The notes under the pieces: generated by a model
Database searches by the model: none
What the model saw: the letters and a program-made list of their open reading frames with translations, nothing else
Told to the model about the DNA's origin: nothing
In this document: piece by piece, positions 35,008 through 43,820 of the stretch
How positions within the stretch are numbered: position 1 is the first letter of the stretch
Layout: each line of letters opens with the position of its first letter
Assembly: GCA_004297215.1 (NCBI GenBank)
Contig: SCUM01000001.1
Span: forward strand, 417,181 to 481,180
Length of the DNA stretch: 64,000 nucleotides
From: Patescibacteria group bacterium
GTDB taxonomy: Bacteria > Patescibacteriota > Patescibacteriia > UBA9934 > GWF2-40-263
Direction of reading: 5' to 3'
Position numbers and translations under genes: made by a program

Positions 35008-35289
35008 CTAATGCTTCTTCCCCCGTTTCTCAATCACGTAGTCTACGAGCCGTTCCATCGGCGCGAGGACGCTTGCCATGCTCCCCGTGGCGCTCTCGAA
35101 CCGGTGCCGGATGGTGCTGATGGCGTACTCGATGCGATCCACCTTGTCCTGCACTTCCGCCAGCACGTCGTTGAAGTTCTTCACCAACATGGCCGCTTGG
35201 AAAATGAGCCAGAACATCGCGGCGCTGACCCAAAGGGCGCAGAACGCGAGGACGATGTAGAGAATATCCAGTGGGGAGAGGGGGGGCAT
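35008..35289 (-). CDS. small membrane protein (DUF948-like), immediately upstream of the helicase
   Basis: 93 aa. N-terminal TM helix then a helical tail. 3-bp gap to the helicase start. Confidence 0.45.
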   Translation of the reverse strand: MPPLSPLDILYIVLAFCALWVSAAMFWLIFQAAMLVKNFNDVLAEVQDKVDRIEYAISTIRHRFESATGSMASVLAPMERLVDYVIEKRGKKH

Positions 35290-35310
35290 GGGGTTGAGGG
35301 TGAACCGTGC

Positions 35311-35363
35311 GGGTTTGAAGGGTTGGAAGGGTTTGAAGGGTTTGAAGGGTGAAGGAAGTCTTT
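35311..35363. repeat. 9-mer tandem array (TTGAAGGGT)n with T-rich tail
   Basis: gggtttgaagggttggaagggtttgaagggtttgaagggtgaaggaagtctttttattta. Inverted partner at 35731-35773. Confidence 0.8.
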
Positions 35364-35720
35364 TTATTTAAGAGCTTCGATCATCCGCCGCAAAAGGAAC
35401 CCTGTCCTGCCCCGCAATTGTTCTAGTATAGCGTATTTCTCTTTGGAGAGATATCCGAGCTTGGTGGAAAGTTCCAATAAGTAGGCACATTCGGCGGCAG
35501 AACCACGGCTGATTACAAGGAACCTGACAAAATCCGGCCGGGTGGCCCTTGCCTGTCCTTCAACGATGTTCAGGGCGATTGACGATGCGGCACGGCGAAG
35601 TTGTGACGTGAGACCGAACTTCTCCTCTTCAGGAAAATTGGCGGTCGCTTGATACACAGCGACGACGAACCGGTCCGCAGCTTCCCACGCAAGCAGTTTC
35701 TTGTACGGTTGTTCCGTCAC
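35364..35720 (-). CDS. four-helix-bundle protein (TIGR02436, 23S rRNA intervening-sequence protein family)
   Basis: 118 aa. LAWEAADRFVVAVYQATANFPEEEKFGLTSQLRRAASSIALNIVEG...RFLVISRGSAAECAYLLELS is the family signature. GTG start. Confidence 0.75.
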   Translation of the reverse strand: MTEQPYKKLLAWEAADRFVVAVYQATANFPEEEKFGLTSQLRRAASSIALNIVEGQARATRPDFVRFLVISRGSAAECAYLLELSTKLGYLSKEKYAILEQLRGRTGFLLRRMIEALK

Positions 35721-35730
35721 AAATCAATAA

Positions 35731-35773
35731 ACCCAACCACCACCCTTCAAACCCTTCCGACCCTTCCAACTTA
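35731..35773. repeat. inverted 9-mer array (ACCCTTCNN)n
   Basis: acccaaccaccacccttcaaacccttccgacccttccaactta, the reverse-complement partner of the 35311-35363 array. Together they bracket the four-helix-bundle gene. Confidence 0.8.
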
Positions 35774-38188
35774 GCTCCTCACCACCGCCCCAAACTCCTT
35801 CTCAAGCACCTTCGCGAGCTTCATCATCTCCCCATCCACCTCGGCCGCCTCCAGGGTCTTCTCCATGGAACGGAACGACAGGTGCACCGCCACCGACTTC
35901 TTTCCTTCTTCGACGCCCGTTCCGCGATACACGTCGAACGGTTCCACGGCATGCAAGAGCGGCGACGCGTTCTTCATCTCCCCTTCGATGGTGCCGTACT
36001 CGGTGCGATTGGCGACGACGAACGCGAGGTCACGCTTCACTTCCGGATACGTCGGGATCGCGCGGTAGCTCTTCGCGGTCGAAAGATGCGGGAGCAATGC
36101 CTCGAAGTCGATATCGACAAGGACCGTCCGCACGTCGAGGCCGAACGCCTTGGCGACCGCCGGCGACACCTCGCCGATGGTGCCCATGTGCAGGTGGTCG
36201 TCGATCCAGATTTTCGCCGAACGTCCTGGATGCCAGAACTCATCCGCTTCTCGTTCAAGACGGAAATGGCGGACGCCGTCTTCGCGGAAGAAGCGCTCGA
36301 GGGTGCCTTTGGCTAAACGGAACGCGGCTGCGCCGTCTTTCCCCGTCACGGCGACGACGAGGCGCATGAGGGGCGACGGGATGTCCTTCGCGTTGGGAAG
36401 ATACGCCGGGGCGAGCTCGAACAGCGCCATGTCCGGGAAGCGGCCTTGGTTCGCCTCCACGGTCGTGAGCATGGTCGGGATGAGGCTCGGGCGCATGTAC
36501 TCGTGCTCGGAAGAAAGCGGGTTCGCGATCTTCACGGCCGCTTCGATGGGAATGGAATAGCGCTCCAGTTGCTGGGGCGACATGAACGCGTACGAGTACG
36601 TCTCGGTGAGCCCGGCGGCCTTGAGGATGTCCTTGGTGCGGCGCTCCCAGGCGATCATCGGGTCGAGGGTGGCGTGCGGCAGCTCGCCCTCGGGCAGTTT
36701 GCTTGGGATGTTGGCGTAGCCGTAGATGCGGGCGATTTCCTCCACGAAGTCACGGCTCCCCTCGATGTCGTGGTCGCGCCAGAACGGGACCGTCACCGCA
36801 TACCCGTCCTTGCGCTTCTTTCCGACCATGAATCCGAGGTCCATGAGCATCTTCAGCTGCCTCTTCTCGGGGATCTCCACGCCGATCAGCCGGCTCGCCT
36901 GTTCCGGGTCAAACGGGAACGCTGGAGCCTTGTATGGCGCGGCCCGGTCGCTCCAGATTTTGCTCGCGACCTTTCCGCCGGCGACTTCGAGGATGAGCTC
37001 GACGGCGCGAGCGAGCGTATGGCCCGTCGCTTCGGTGGACAGTCCCTTCTCGAACAACAGTGAAGAGTCCGAGGCGAGGTTAAGGGCGCGACTCGTGCGA
37101 CGGACAGACACCGGGTCGAACGTGGCACTCTCGAGGATGATGCGGGTCGTCGACGCGCTCGTCCCGGTCTCCATCCCGCCCATCACGCCCGCGATGGCCA
37201 CGGGTTTCTTCCCGTCCGCGATCACGAGCATCTTCTCGGTGAGGTCGTAGTCCTTGCCGTCGAGCGCCTTCATGCTCTCGTCTTTCTTGGCACGACGCAC
37301 CACGATCTCTCCCCCTTCAAGTTTGTCCGCATCGAACGCATGCATAGGCTGTCCCAGCTCGTGCAGCACGAGGTTCGTGACGTCCACCACGTTGTTGATG
37401 GGACGATGCCCGGCGAGGAGAAGCTTCTTCTGCAGCCACCATGGCGAAGGGCCGACCGTGACGCCGTCGATGAGGACGGCTTCGTATTTCTTGCAAAGAT
37501 CCCAGTCTTTGACGGAAATCTTAAGGGTTGTAAGGGTTTTAAGGGTGGGAAGGGTGAAGGAGTTTTTATTTATTTGTTTTGCTCCGATCACCGCTGCTCC
37601 TTCGCGAGCTTGTCCGACGATCGATTTGCAGTCCGGGCGGTTCGAGGTTACTTCGATGTCGAATACGACGTCATCGAGCTCAAGCGCCTTTGCGAGCGAC
37701 GTGCCAGCCTTTGCGTTCGTGATCGCGGACAGGTCCCAGATGTCCTGCTCGCCACAGGGCATCTTCTCGAACCCGATCTCCGCGGGAGCGCAGATCATCC
37801 CGTGACTCTTCACGCCGCGCAGTTCGGTCTCCTTGATCGCGACCAGGTCGCCTTGGCCATGCCATCGGACCTTCGAGCCGGGAAGCGCGACGGCGACGCG
37901 CTGCCCTTCCTTGAGGTTCGCCCCGCCGCACACGATCTCGACGGCGCCGCCGGTCCTGAGCGAAGTCGAAGGGCCGATGTCCGTCTGCGCGATGCGCAAC
38001 TTGTCCGCATTCGGATGCGCCTTCACCGCTTTCACGACGCCGACCACCATCTTGTCGAACTTCTCGGCAAGGATTTCCATCCGCTCCACGCCGTTCCCGG
38101 CGGCCGTCGTCTTCTTCGCAAACTCTTCGGCCGACAGGTCGGTCTTCAGGTATTCGCGAATCCAGTTGTACGAAGCGAGGATGTTCAT
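35771..38188 (-). CDS. pheT: phenylalanine--tRNA ligase beta subunit
   Basis: NILASYNWIREYL start, tRNA-binding domain, B3/4, B5 and FDX-ACB domains; 805 aa. Carries an in-frame repeat insertion at 37519-37585. Confidence 0.9.
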   Translation of the reverse strand: MNILASYNWIREYLKTDLSAEEFAKKTTAAGNGVERMEILAEKFDKMVVGVVKAVKAHPNADKLRIAQTDIGPSTSLRTGGAVEIVCGGANLKEGQRVAVALPGSKVRWHGQGDLVAIKETELRGVKSHGMICAPAEIGFEKMPCGEQDIWDLSAITNAKAGTSLAKALELDDVVFDIEVTSNRPDCKSIVGQAREGAAVIGAKQINKNSFTLPTLKTLTTLKISVKDWDLCKKYEAVLIDGVTVGPSPWWLQKKLLLAGHRPINNVVDVTNLVLHELGQPMHAFDADKLEGGEIVVRRAKKDESMKALDGKDYDLTEKMLVIADGKKPVAIAGVMGGMETGTSASTTRIILESATFDPVSVRRTSRALNLASDSSLLFEKGLSTEATGHTLARAVELILEVAGGKVASKIWSDRAAPYKAPAFPFDPEQASRLIGVEIPEKRQLKMLMDLGFMVGKKRKDGYAVTVPFWRDHDIEGSRDFVEEIARIYGYANIPSKLPEGELPHATLDPMIAWERRTKDILKAAGLTETYSYAFMSPQQLERYSIPIEAAVKIANPLSSEHEYMRPSLIPTMLTTVEANQGRFPDMALFELAPAYLPNAKDIPSPLMRLVVAVTGKDGAAAFRLAKGTLERFFREDGVRHFRLEREADEFWHPGRSAKIWIDDHLHMGTIGEVSPAVAKAFGLDVRTVLVDIDFEALLPHLSTAKSYRAIPTYPEVKRDLAFVVANRTEYGTIEGEMKNASPLLHAVEPFDVYRGTGVEEGKKSVAVHLSFRSMEKTLEAAEVDGEMMKLAKVLEKEFGAVVRS
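37519..37585. repeat. 9-mer array plus T-rich tail module inserted in-frame within pheT
   Basis: tcttaagggttgtaagggttttaagggtgggaagggtgaaggagtttttatttatttg. Same module as 35311-35363. Translated as INKNSFTLPTLKTLTTLKI. Confidence 0.8.
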
Positions 38189-38198
38189 AGGGCAGGAG

Positions 38199-38230
38199 CC
38201 GTCAGCCATTAGCCGTTAGCCGTTAGCGGC
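38199..38230. repeat. 7-mer tandem array (TAGCCGT-type), left flank of the four-helix-bundle gene
   Basis: gccgtcagccattagccgttagccgttagcgg. Confidence 0.8.
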
Positions 38231-38578
38231 TTATGACGTCAGGGCGTTAATCATCCGAAGGATTTCACTCAATAAATCGATTGTCTTTGCCGATTCCAAA
38301 TGCCTGGTTCCTGGCAGTCGTTGCGAAAGAAGGATCTGCGTTTCCAGTTCGGCTGCGGAACCAAAGGCAATTGAAAGGAAGCGGTGAAATTCGTTATCAG
38401 TTCCTCGCATCTTCCCCTCAGCAATATTCGACGGAATGGACACGGCACACCTCCGCATCTGAGACGTCAGTCCGTAAATCTCTTCTTTGGGAAAGTCTTC
38501 CGTCAAACGGTACACCTCTTCAACCAACTCCATCGCCCGTTGCCAGACAATCAACTCTTTATAAGATCCTGTCTTCAT
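38231..38578 (-). CDS. four-helix-bundle protein (TIGR02436 / 23S rRNA IVS protein family), second copy
   Basis: 115 aa. IVWQRAMELVEEVYRLTEDFPKEEIYGLTSQMRRCAVSIPSNIAEG...RFLSIAFGSAAELETQILLS. Confidence 0.75.
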   Translation of the reverse strand: MKTGSYKELIVWQRAMELVEEVYRLTEDFPKEEIYGLTSQMRRCAVSIPSNIAEGKMRGTDNEFHRFLSIAFGSAAELETQILLSQRLPGTRHLESAKTIDLLSEILRMINALTS

Positions 38579-38579
38579 A

Positions 38580-38611
38580 CCTAACGGCTAATGGCTGACG
38601 GCTAACGGCTC
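38580..38611. repeat. inverted 7-mer array (ACGGCTA-type), right flank of the four-helix-bundle gene
   Basis: cctaacggctaatggctgacggctaacggctc, reverse-complementary to the 38199-38230 array. Confidence 0.8.
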
Positions 38612-39673
38612 TCAGAATTGCTGCACGAACCGCAGGTCGTTCCTATAAAGGATCCTGATGTCATCGATCTTAATCCCCTCCCGCATCATAAGCGTCCGTT
38701 CGACTCCCCAACCGAAGGCGAAGCCGGTGACCTTTTCCGGGTCGAGACCGCCAGCCTTGAGCACGTTCGGATGCACCATGCCGGCGCCGCCGAGCTCGAG
38801 CCAGCCGGTCTTGCACAGGCGGCAGGCTACGTTCTCCTTGCCTCCGCAGTTGTCGCAGGAGATGTCGACCTCGAAGCTCGGCTCCGTGAAGCGGAAGTGA
38901 TGCGGACGAAGGCGAATGGAGCGGCCCTCACCGAAGAAGTTGCGCGCGAAATGGTCGAGCACGCCCTTGAGATGCGCGACGGACAATCCTTCGCCGATCA
39001 TGAGCCCCTCGAACTGGTGGAACATGGGGACGTGCGTGACATCGCTCTGGCGGCGATAGGTCCGGTTGATGTTGATCATCCGGATCGGCAACTTCCCTTT
39101 TTCGATTTCACGGACCTGGCTGTTGCTCGTATGCGGCGTCAGGACGATGCGGCCCAACCTCCCCTCGGAGCACTGCGCGCTGGTCGGGGCGATGAAGAAC
39201 GTTTCCCAGTCGTCGCGCGCGGGATGGTCCTTGGGCATGTTGAGCGACTCGAACGCGTACCAGTCCCAGTCGATCTCGGGCGCGCGCACGCGCGTGAAGC
39301 CGATGCGCGAAAAGATGTCGGTGACCTGCGCGATCGCGGTCGAGACCGGATGCAAGTGCCCTTCGTGCGGCGCGACGCCGGGCTCGGTGACGTCGATCCA
39401 TTCCTTTTCGGCCATCGCCCCGGCTTCGGACGACAGGACGCGCTTTTCGGCCGCGGCGAAGGCTGCCTCCATGGCCTGCTTCACCTCGTTGGCCGTCTTG
39501 CCCGCGAGCTTGCGTTCTTCGTCGGCCAGGCCCGCCATCCGCTTCATGAGCTCGGCCATCTTCCCTTTGCGGCCAAGGAGTTCCACGCGCAAGGCTTCGA
39601 GCGCGTCGCGGTCGGCCGCCTTCTTAAGCGCGGCGAGCGCGTCGGATTTGAGTTTGTCGAATTGAGTCTGCAT
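38612..39673 (-). CDS. pheS: phenylalanine--tRNA ligase alpha subunit
   Basis: Class II motifs 2 and 3 (FRxE...GWLELGGAGMVHPNVL...FAFGWGVERTLM); 353 aa. Confidence 0.95.
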   Translation of the reverse strand: MQTQFDKLKSDALAALKKAADRDALEALRVELLGRKGKMAELMKRMAGLADEERKLAGKTANEVKQAMEAAFAAAEKRVLSSEAGAMAEKEWIDVTEPGVAPHEGHLHPVSTAIAQVTDIFSRIGFTRVRAPEIDWDWYAFESLNMPKDHPARDDWETFFIAPTSAQCSEGRLGRIVLTPHTSNSQVREIEKGKLPIRMININRTYRRQSDVTHVPMFHQFEGLMIGEGLSVAHLKGVLDHFARNFFGEGRSIRLRPHHFRFTEPSFEVDISCDNCGGKENVACRLCKTGWLELGGAGMVHPNVLKAGGLDPEKVTGFAFGWGVERTLMMREGIKIDDIRILYRNDLRFVQQF

Positions 39674-39693
39674 ATGTCTCGCGTTCGCGAGCC

Positions 39694-39750
39694 TTTAGCC
39701 GATAGCCGTCAGCCGTCAGCGCTAATGGCTGCTGGCTAATGGCTAATGGC
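39694..39750. repeat. composite 7-mer palindrome (TAGCCGT x n / TAATGGC x n)
   Basis: tttagccgatagccgtcagccgtcagcgctaatggctgctggctaatggctaatggc. Overlaps the last codons of rseP. Confidence 0.75.
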
Positions 39751-40842
39751 TTTTAACATCCCTGCTCCGTATTTCACGATGTCCTGATACGTGACCACGA
39801 GCACGAGCGCCATGAGCGCCACGAAACCGATCGAATGGATGAGCGCCTCGCTGCGCGCGCGCATGGACTGCCCGCGCGCTTTTTCCATGATGAGGAGGAA
39901 GATGCGACCGCCGTCGAGCGCGGGGAGCGGGAGCACGTTCACCACGGCCAGGTTGATGGAAAGGAGCGCCGTGAACTGGAGCAGGTACGTGAACCCGAGC
40001 TGCGCGGCCTGGCCCGTGAGCACCGCGATCCCGACGGGACCGGAGAGGTCCGCGCCGGCGCCGGTGCCGGTGAACAGCCCCTTCACGAGGCCGGCGAACG
40101 ACAGCACCACTTCCTTCGTGTACGTGCCGGTAGCAAGCACGCCTTGCACGAACGCCTGCGGGAGCGGGTACGACACGAGGCCGGTCTTCACGAGGCCGAC
40201 GCCGACGCCGTGGATGCCGGGCGCGGCCGCGAGGTCTTCGCTCGTGAGCGAGACGTTAAAGAACGTCCCGTCGTCGCGGCCGAGCACGAGCAGCACGCCC
40301 TGGTCGCCATGCGCGCCGATATAGGCGCGCGCGGCCTCGGCCGTAAGGAACGGCTCGCCATCCACCGACACGAGCACGTCGCCGGAGCGCACGCCGCCAT
40401 GTTCGGCCGGACTCCCTTTGGCGACGGTCATCACGCGCAGCTCCACGTCGCGCACCTTGGCCGACGCGGGCATGGACTCATCGACGACGCTCGGGAGCCC
40501 GAGCGCGAACCCGGTGGTGATGAGGCCCGCGGCGAGCACGAGGTTCATGGCGACGCCGGCGGCGAGCACGGCAAAACGCCAGGCGCCGCGCTTGCTCGAG
40601 AAGCTCCCCGGGTGGTCGCGGTCACCCCCGCTCTCCCCTTTGATCTTCACGAACCCGCCGAGCGGGATGAGGTTGATGGAGTAGGCGGTGTCGCCCTTCT
40701 TCCAACTCCACAGCCGCGGCGGGAATCCGAACCCGAATTCCTCCACGGTCATGCCGGCCTTCTTGGCCATGATGAAATGCCCTGCCTCGTGCGCGAGCAC
40801 GAGCACGGCAAGGACGGCGAGGAAGATGAGGAGGGTGAGCAT
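39736..40842 (-). CDS. rseP: RIP zinc metalloprotease (site-2 protease) RseP-like
   Basis: HEAGHFIMAKKAGM (HExxH) in TM1, PDZ domain, C-terminal LDGG motif; 368 aa. Confidence 0.8.
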   Translation of the reverse strand: MLTLLIFLAVLAVLVLAHEAGHFIMAKKAGMTVEEFGFGFPPRLWSWKKGDTAYSINLIPLGGFVKIKGESGGDRDHPGSFSSKRGAWRFAVLAAGVAMNLVLAAGLITTGFALGLPSVVDESMPASAKVRDVELRVMTVAKGSPAEHGGVRSGDVLVSVDGEPFLTAEAARAYIGAHGDQGVLLVLGRDDGTFFNVSLTSEDLAAAPGIHGVGVGLVKTGLVSYPLPQAFVQGVLATGTYTKEVVLSFAGLVKGLFTGTGAGADLSGPVGIAVLTGQAAQLGFTYLLQFTALLSINLAVVNVLPLPALDGGRIFLLIMEKARGQSMRARSEALIHSIGFVALMALVLVVTYQDIVKYGAGMLKAISH

Positions 40843-40851
40843 GGCGGAATC

Positions 40852-42222
40852 TTAGGCGTTTTCGATGATTCCGGCAATCTCCTTGAGCCTGGAATCGAGA
40901 TGTTCCTTCGAGGCCGCTTCGGCGTTCACGCGTAACAGCGGTTCGGTGTTGGACTTGCGTACGTTGAACCACCAGTCGGCGAACTCATACCGGGCGCCGT
41001 CGAGCCGGTCGATGGAGACGGCTTCGGATGCGTATTTCGCGTCGAGCGCGGCGAGCGCCTTGTCCTTTTCGCGCGCCTCGAAATTCGTCTCGGGGCTGCG
41101 GGCGTACCGGCGGTATGGCGCGATCAGCTCGGACATCGGCTTCCCGGAATCCGCAAGGGCCTTCAGGACCAGCAGTATCGTGAACTCGCTCGATTCCATC
41201 CCGCCGAACTCCGGGTAGAAGTAGTGCGCGCTCACCTCCCCGCCGATGGCGGCCCTTTCCATTTGCACGCGCCTGATGAAGTTGGTGCGCCCGACTTTTT
41301 CCGACACGGACCTTCCGCCGTGTTCCTTGATCGCGTCGCGCACGGCCCAGCTCGCGTTCGGGCTCCACACCACTGCCTTGCCGGGATGTTCTTTCAGGCG
41401 TAAAGAAGCGAGCAACCCAAGCATCTGGTCGCCGCCGATCGGCTCCCCGTTCTCATCCACGAACCCGATGCGGTCCGCGTCCCCGTCGAAGGCGACGCCA
41501 ATCGCCGCCCCTTCGCGCTTCACCGTCGCGACGAGGTCGCGGAGCGTGTCGAGCTTGATCGGATTCGCTTCATGATTCGGAAACGTCCCGTCCGGCTCGA
41601 AATAGAGCGCCGTGAGCTTCGCGTCGAGCCTCGAAAAAATGTCGGGAAGAATGACGCCAGCCATCCCGTTGCCCGCGTCGACAACGACCTTCATGCCGTT
41701 CAGCTTCGGCATCTGCGCGAGTGCGAACAGACGGGCGAGGTACGGGGGCTTCACGTCGAGATGGGTGACGGGAGGCGATAAGGCCTCAGGCGTGAAGGCC
41801 GCAGCGCTGAGGCCTTGTCCGCCTAAGGCCTTGTCCGCCTCGATCGCCTCACGAATCTCCTCCCCGCTGATCGGCATCGCGTTCCCTCGCGTCATCTTGA
41901 ATCCGTTGTACTCCGGCGGATTGTGCGAAGCTGTCACCATCACCCCTGCCTCATGCTCGGCCCAGTTGAACACCGCGAAGTTGAACATGGGCGTGGTACA
42001 CATCCCGATATCCACCACCTCGGCCCCTTCAGACATCGCCCCGCGCGCCACTTCCGCGGCAAAGCTCGGGCTTGTCGGCCGCATGTCCCGTCCGACGACA
42101 AGCCTCTTGGCCCCCGTGAGACGCACCGTGGCCGCCCCGACGGCGAACGCGAGCTCGTCGCTCAACTGGTCCACGGTGCCGCGCACGTCGTAGGAGCGGA
42201 AAATCTCTGCTGGGAATCGCAT
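40852..42222 (-). CDS. phosphomannomutase/phosphoglucomutase (alpha-D-phosphohexomutase family)
   Basis: IFRSYDVRG start, catalytic TASHNPPEYNGFK, Mg loop FDGDADR; 456 aa. Contains an in-frame GGCGGACAAGGCCTCAG-type repeat insertion. Confidence 0.8.
   Translation of the reverse strand: MRFPAEIFRSYDVRGTVDQLSDELAFAVGAATVRLTGAKRLVVGRDMRPTSPSFAAEVARGAMSEGAEVVDIGMCTTPMFNFAVFNWAEHEAGVMVTASHNPPEYNGFKMTRGNAMPISGEEIREAIEADKALGGQGLSAAAFTPEALSPPVTHLDVKPPYLARLFALAQMPKLNGMKVVVDAGNGMAGVILPDIFSRLDAKLTALYFEPDGTFPNHEANPIKLDTLRDLVATVKREGAAIGVAFDGDADRIGFVDENGEPIGGDQMLGLLASLRLKEHPGKAVVWSPNASWAVRDAIKEHGGRSVSEKVGRTNFIRRVQMERAAIGGEVSAHYFYPEFGGMESSEFTILLVLKALADSGKPMSELIAPYRRYARSPETNFEAREKDKALAALDAKYASEAVSIDRLDGARYEFADWWFNVRKSNTEPLLRVNAEAASKEHLDSRLKEIAGIIENA
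41780..41842. repeat. AGGCCTCAGGCG / GGCGGACAAGGCC-type palindromic repeat cluster inside the phosphomannomutase CDS
   Basis: aaggcctcaggcgtgaaggccgcagcgctgaggccttgtccgcctaaggccttgtccgcc. Encodes EADKALGGQGLSAAAFTPEALSP in-frame. Confidence 0.75.
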
Positions 42223-42262
42223 AATTGTCGATTGACGGTTTGACGGGAAAACAGTAGCGTTA

Positions 42263-42844
42263 GTGTATAGAAAACCTAGTAATTTCGCTATGCCTTACCT
42301 CATTTGGATCCCCGCCCTCGTCGTCGTCGCCCTGCTCGCCTGGCTCATCCTCTCCTATAACGGCCTCATCCAGGGCCGAAACCGGGTGGACGAAGCCTGG
42401 TCGGACATCGAGGTGCAGATGAAGCGCCGCTACGACCTCATCCCGAACCTGGTCGAGACCGTGAAAGCGTACGCCAAGCATGAGGACAGCGTGTTCACCA
42501 AGGTCACGCAAGCGCGCTCGGCCGCGATGAACGCCAAGACCCCGGCCGAACATGCGCAGGCCGAGAACATGCTTACCGGCACGCTCAAGTCGCTCTTCGC
42601 CGTGGCCGAGGCCTACCCGGCGCTCCAGGCCGCCGGCAACTTCCTTGACCTGCAGCAGAACCTCACCGATGCCGAGGACAAGATCCAGTCGGCCCGCCGC
42701 TTCTTCAACGGCAACGCGCGCGACTACAACACCTCCCTCCAGTCGTTCCCCACCAATCTCATCGCGAGCGCCTTCGGCTTCAGGAAGCGCGAGTTCTACG
42801 ACGCGCCGGACGTGGCCATGGAAACGCCGGCGGTGAAATTCTAG
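42263..42844 (+). CDS. lemA: LemA family protein
   Basis: N-terminal TM helix then SYNGLIQGRNRVDEAWSDIEVQMKRRYDLIPNLVETVK, typical LemA. Confidence 0.8.
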   Translation: MYRKPSNFAMPYLIWIPALVVVALLAWLILSYNGLIQGRNRVDEAWSDIEVQMKRRYDLIPNLVETVKAYAKHEDSVFTKVTQARSAAMNAKTPAEHAQAENMLTGTLKSLFAVAEAYPALQAAGNFLDLQQNLTDAEDKIQSARRFFNGNARDYNTSLQSFPTNLIASAFGFRKREFYDAPDVAMETPAVKF

Positions 42845-42942
42845 AAGGTTGGAAGGGTTTGAAAGGTCGGAAGGGTGGTGGAAGTTTTTTCAAAAAAGTT
42901 TCCTACACCCTTCAAACACTTCCCACCCTTCAAACCCTCAAC
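42845..42942. repeat. composite 9-mer palindromic element between lemA and htpX
   Basis: ggttggaagggtttgaaaggtcggaagggtggtggaag-ttttttcaaaaaag-tttcctacacccttcaaacacttcccacccttcaaaccctcaaccc. Confidence 0.8.
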
Positions 42943-42944
42943 CC

Positions 42945-43820
42945 ATGTACTCCGAAATTTCCTCCAACAAGCGCGCCACCGTCCTGCTCATTTCCCTCTA
43001 TGCGGCCATCCTCATCGCGCTCGGATGGGTGGCCGGGGAATATTTCGGCGACCCGTCCACGGGCATCGTGATCGCGACCGTGGTCTCGACCATGATGACG
43101 CTCGTGGGCTATTTCGCCGGCGACAGGATCTCGCTCGCCTCCGCGGGCGCCAAGGAGGTGACCAAGCGCGAGGCGCAGGAGCTCGTGATGATCGTCGAGA
43201 ATCTCGCCATCACCGCGGGACTGCCCACGCCCAGGGTGTTCGTGATCGATGATCCCTCCCCCAACGCCTTTGCCACGGGACGCGACCCGGCTCATGCGTC
43301 GGTGGCCGTAACGACCGGGCTGCTGCGACGGCTCGATCGCGCCGAGCTCGAAGGCGTGCTCGCGCATGAGCTTTCCCACATCGGCAACTATGACATCCGC
43401 GTGATGACGCTCGTGGTGGTGCTCGTGGGCGTGGTCATGCTCCTTTCCGACATGCTCACGCGCGCGCTGTTCCACGGCCGCGACCGCGACGCGCCGGCGG
43501 CGCTCGCCCTCGTAGGCCTCGCGCTCGCCATCCTCTCCCCGCTCTTCGCCGAGCTCATCAAGCTCGCCGTGAGCCGCAAGCGCGAATACCTGGCCGACGC
43601 CTCGGGCGCGATGCTCACCCGCCATCCCGACGGCCTCGCCCGCGCGCTCGAAAAGATCGCCGCGGACGACCTGCCGCTCCAGCGAGCGAACCACGCCACG
43701 GCCCACCTGTTCCTGGCGAACCCCTTCGACCCGCACGTGACGAAGAAATTCGAACGATGGTTTTCCACGCATCCGCCGATAGAAGAGAGGATCAAGCGGC
43801 TGAGGACGATGGGAAACTAG
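42945..43820 (+). CDS. htpX: M48 family protease HtpX
   Basis: HELSHIGNYD (HExxH), two N-terminal TM helices, downstream glutamate; 291 aa. Confidence 0.85.
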   Translation: MYSEISSNKRATVLLISLYAAILIALGWVAGEYFGDPSTGIVIATVVSTMMTLVGYFAGDRISLASAGAKEVTKREAQELVMIVENLAITAGLPTPRVFVIDDPSPNAFATGRDPAHASVAVTTGLLRRLDRAELEGVLAHELSHIGNYDIRVMTLVVVLVGVVMLLSDMLTRALFHGRDRDAPAALALVGLALAILSPLFAELIKLAVSRKREYLADASGAMLTRHPDGLARALEKIAADDLPLQRANHATAHLFLANPFDPHVTKKFERWFSTHPPIEERIKRLRTMGN

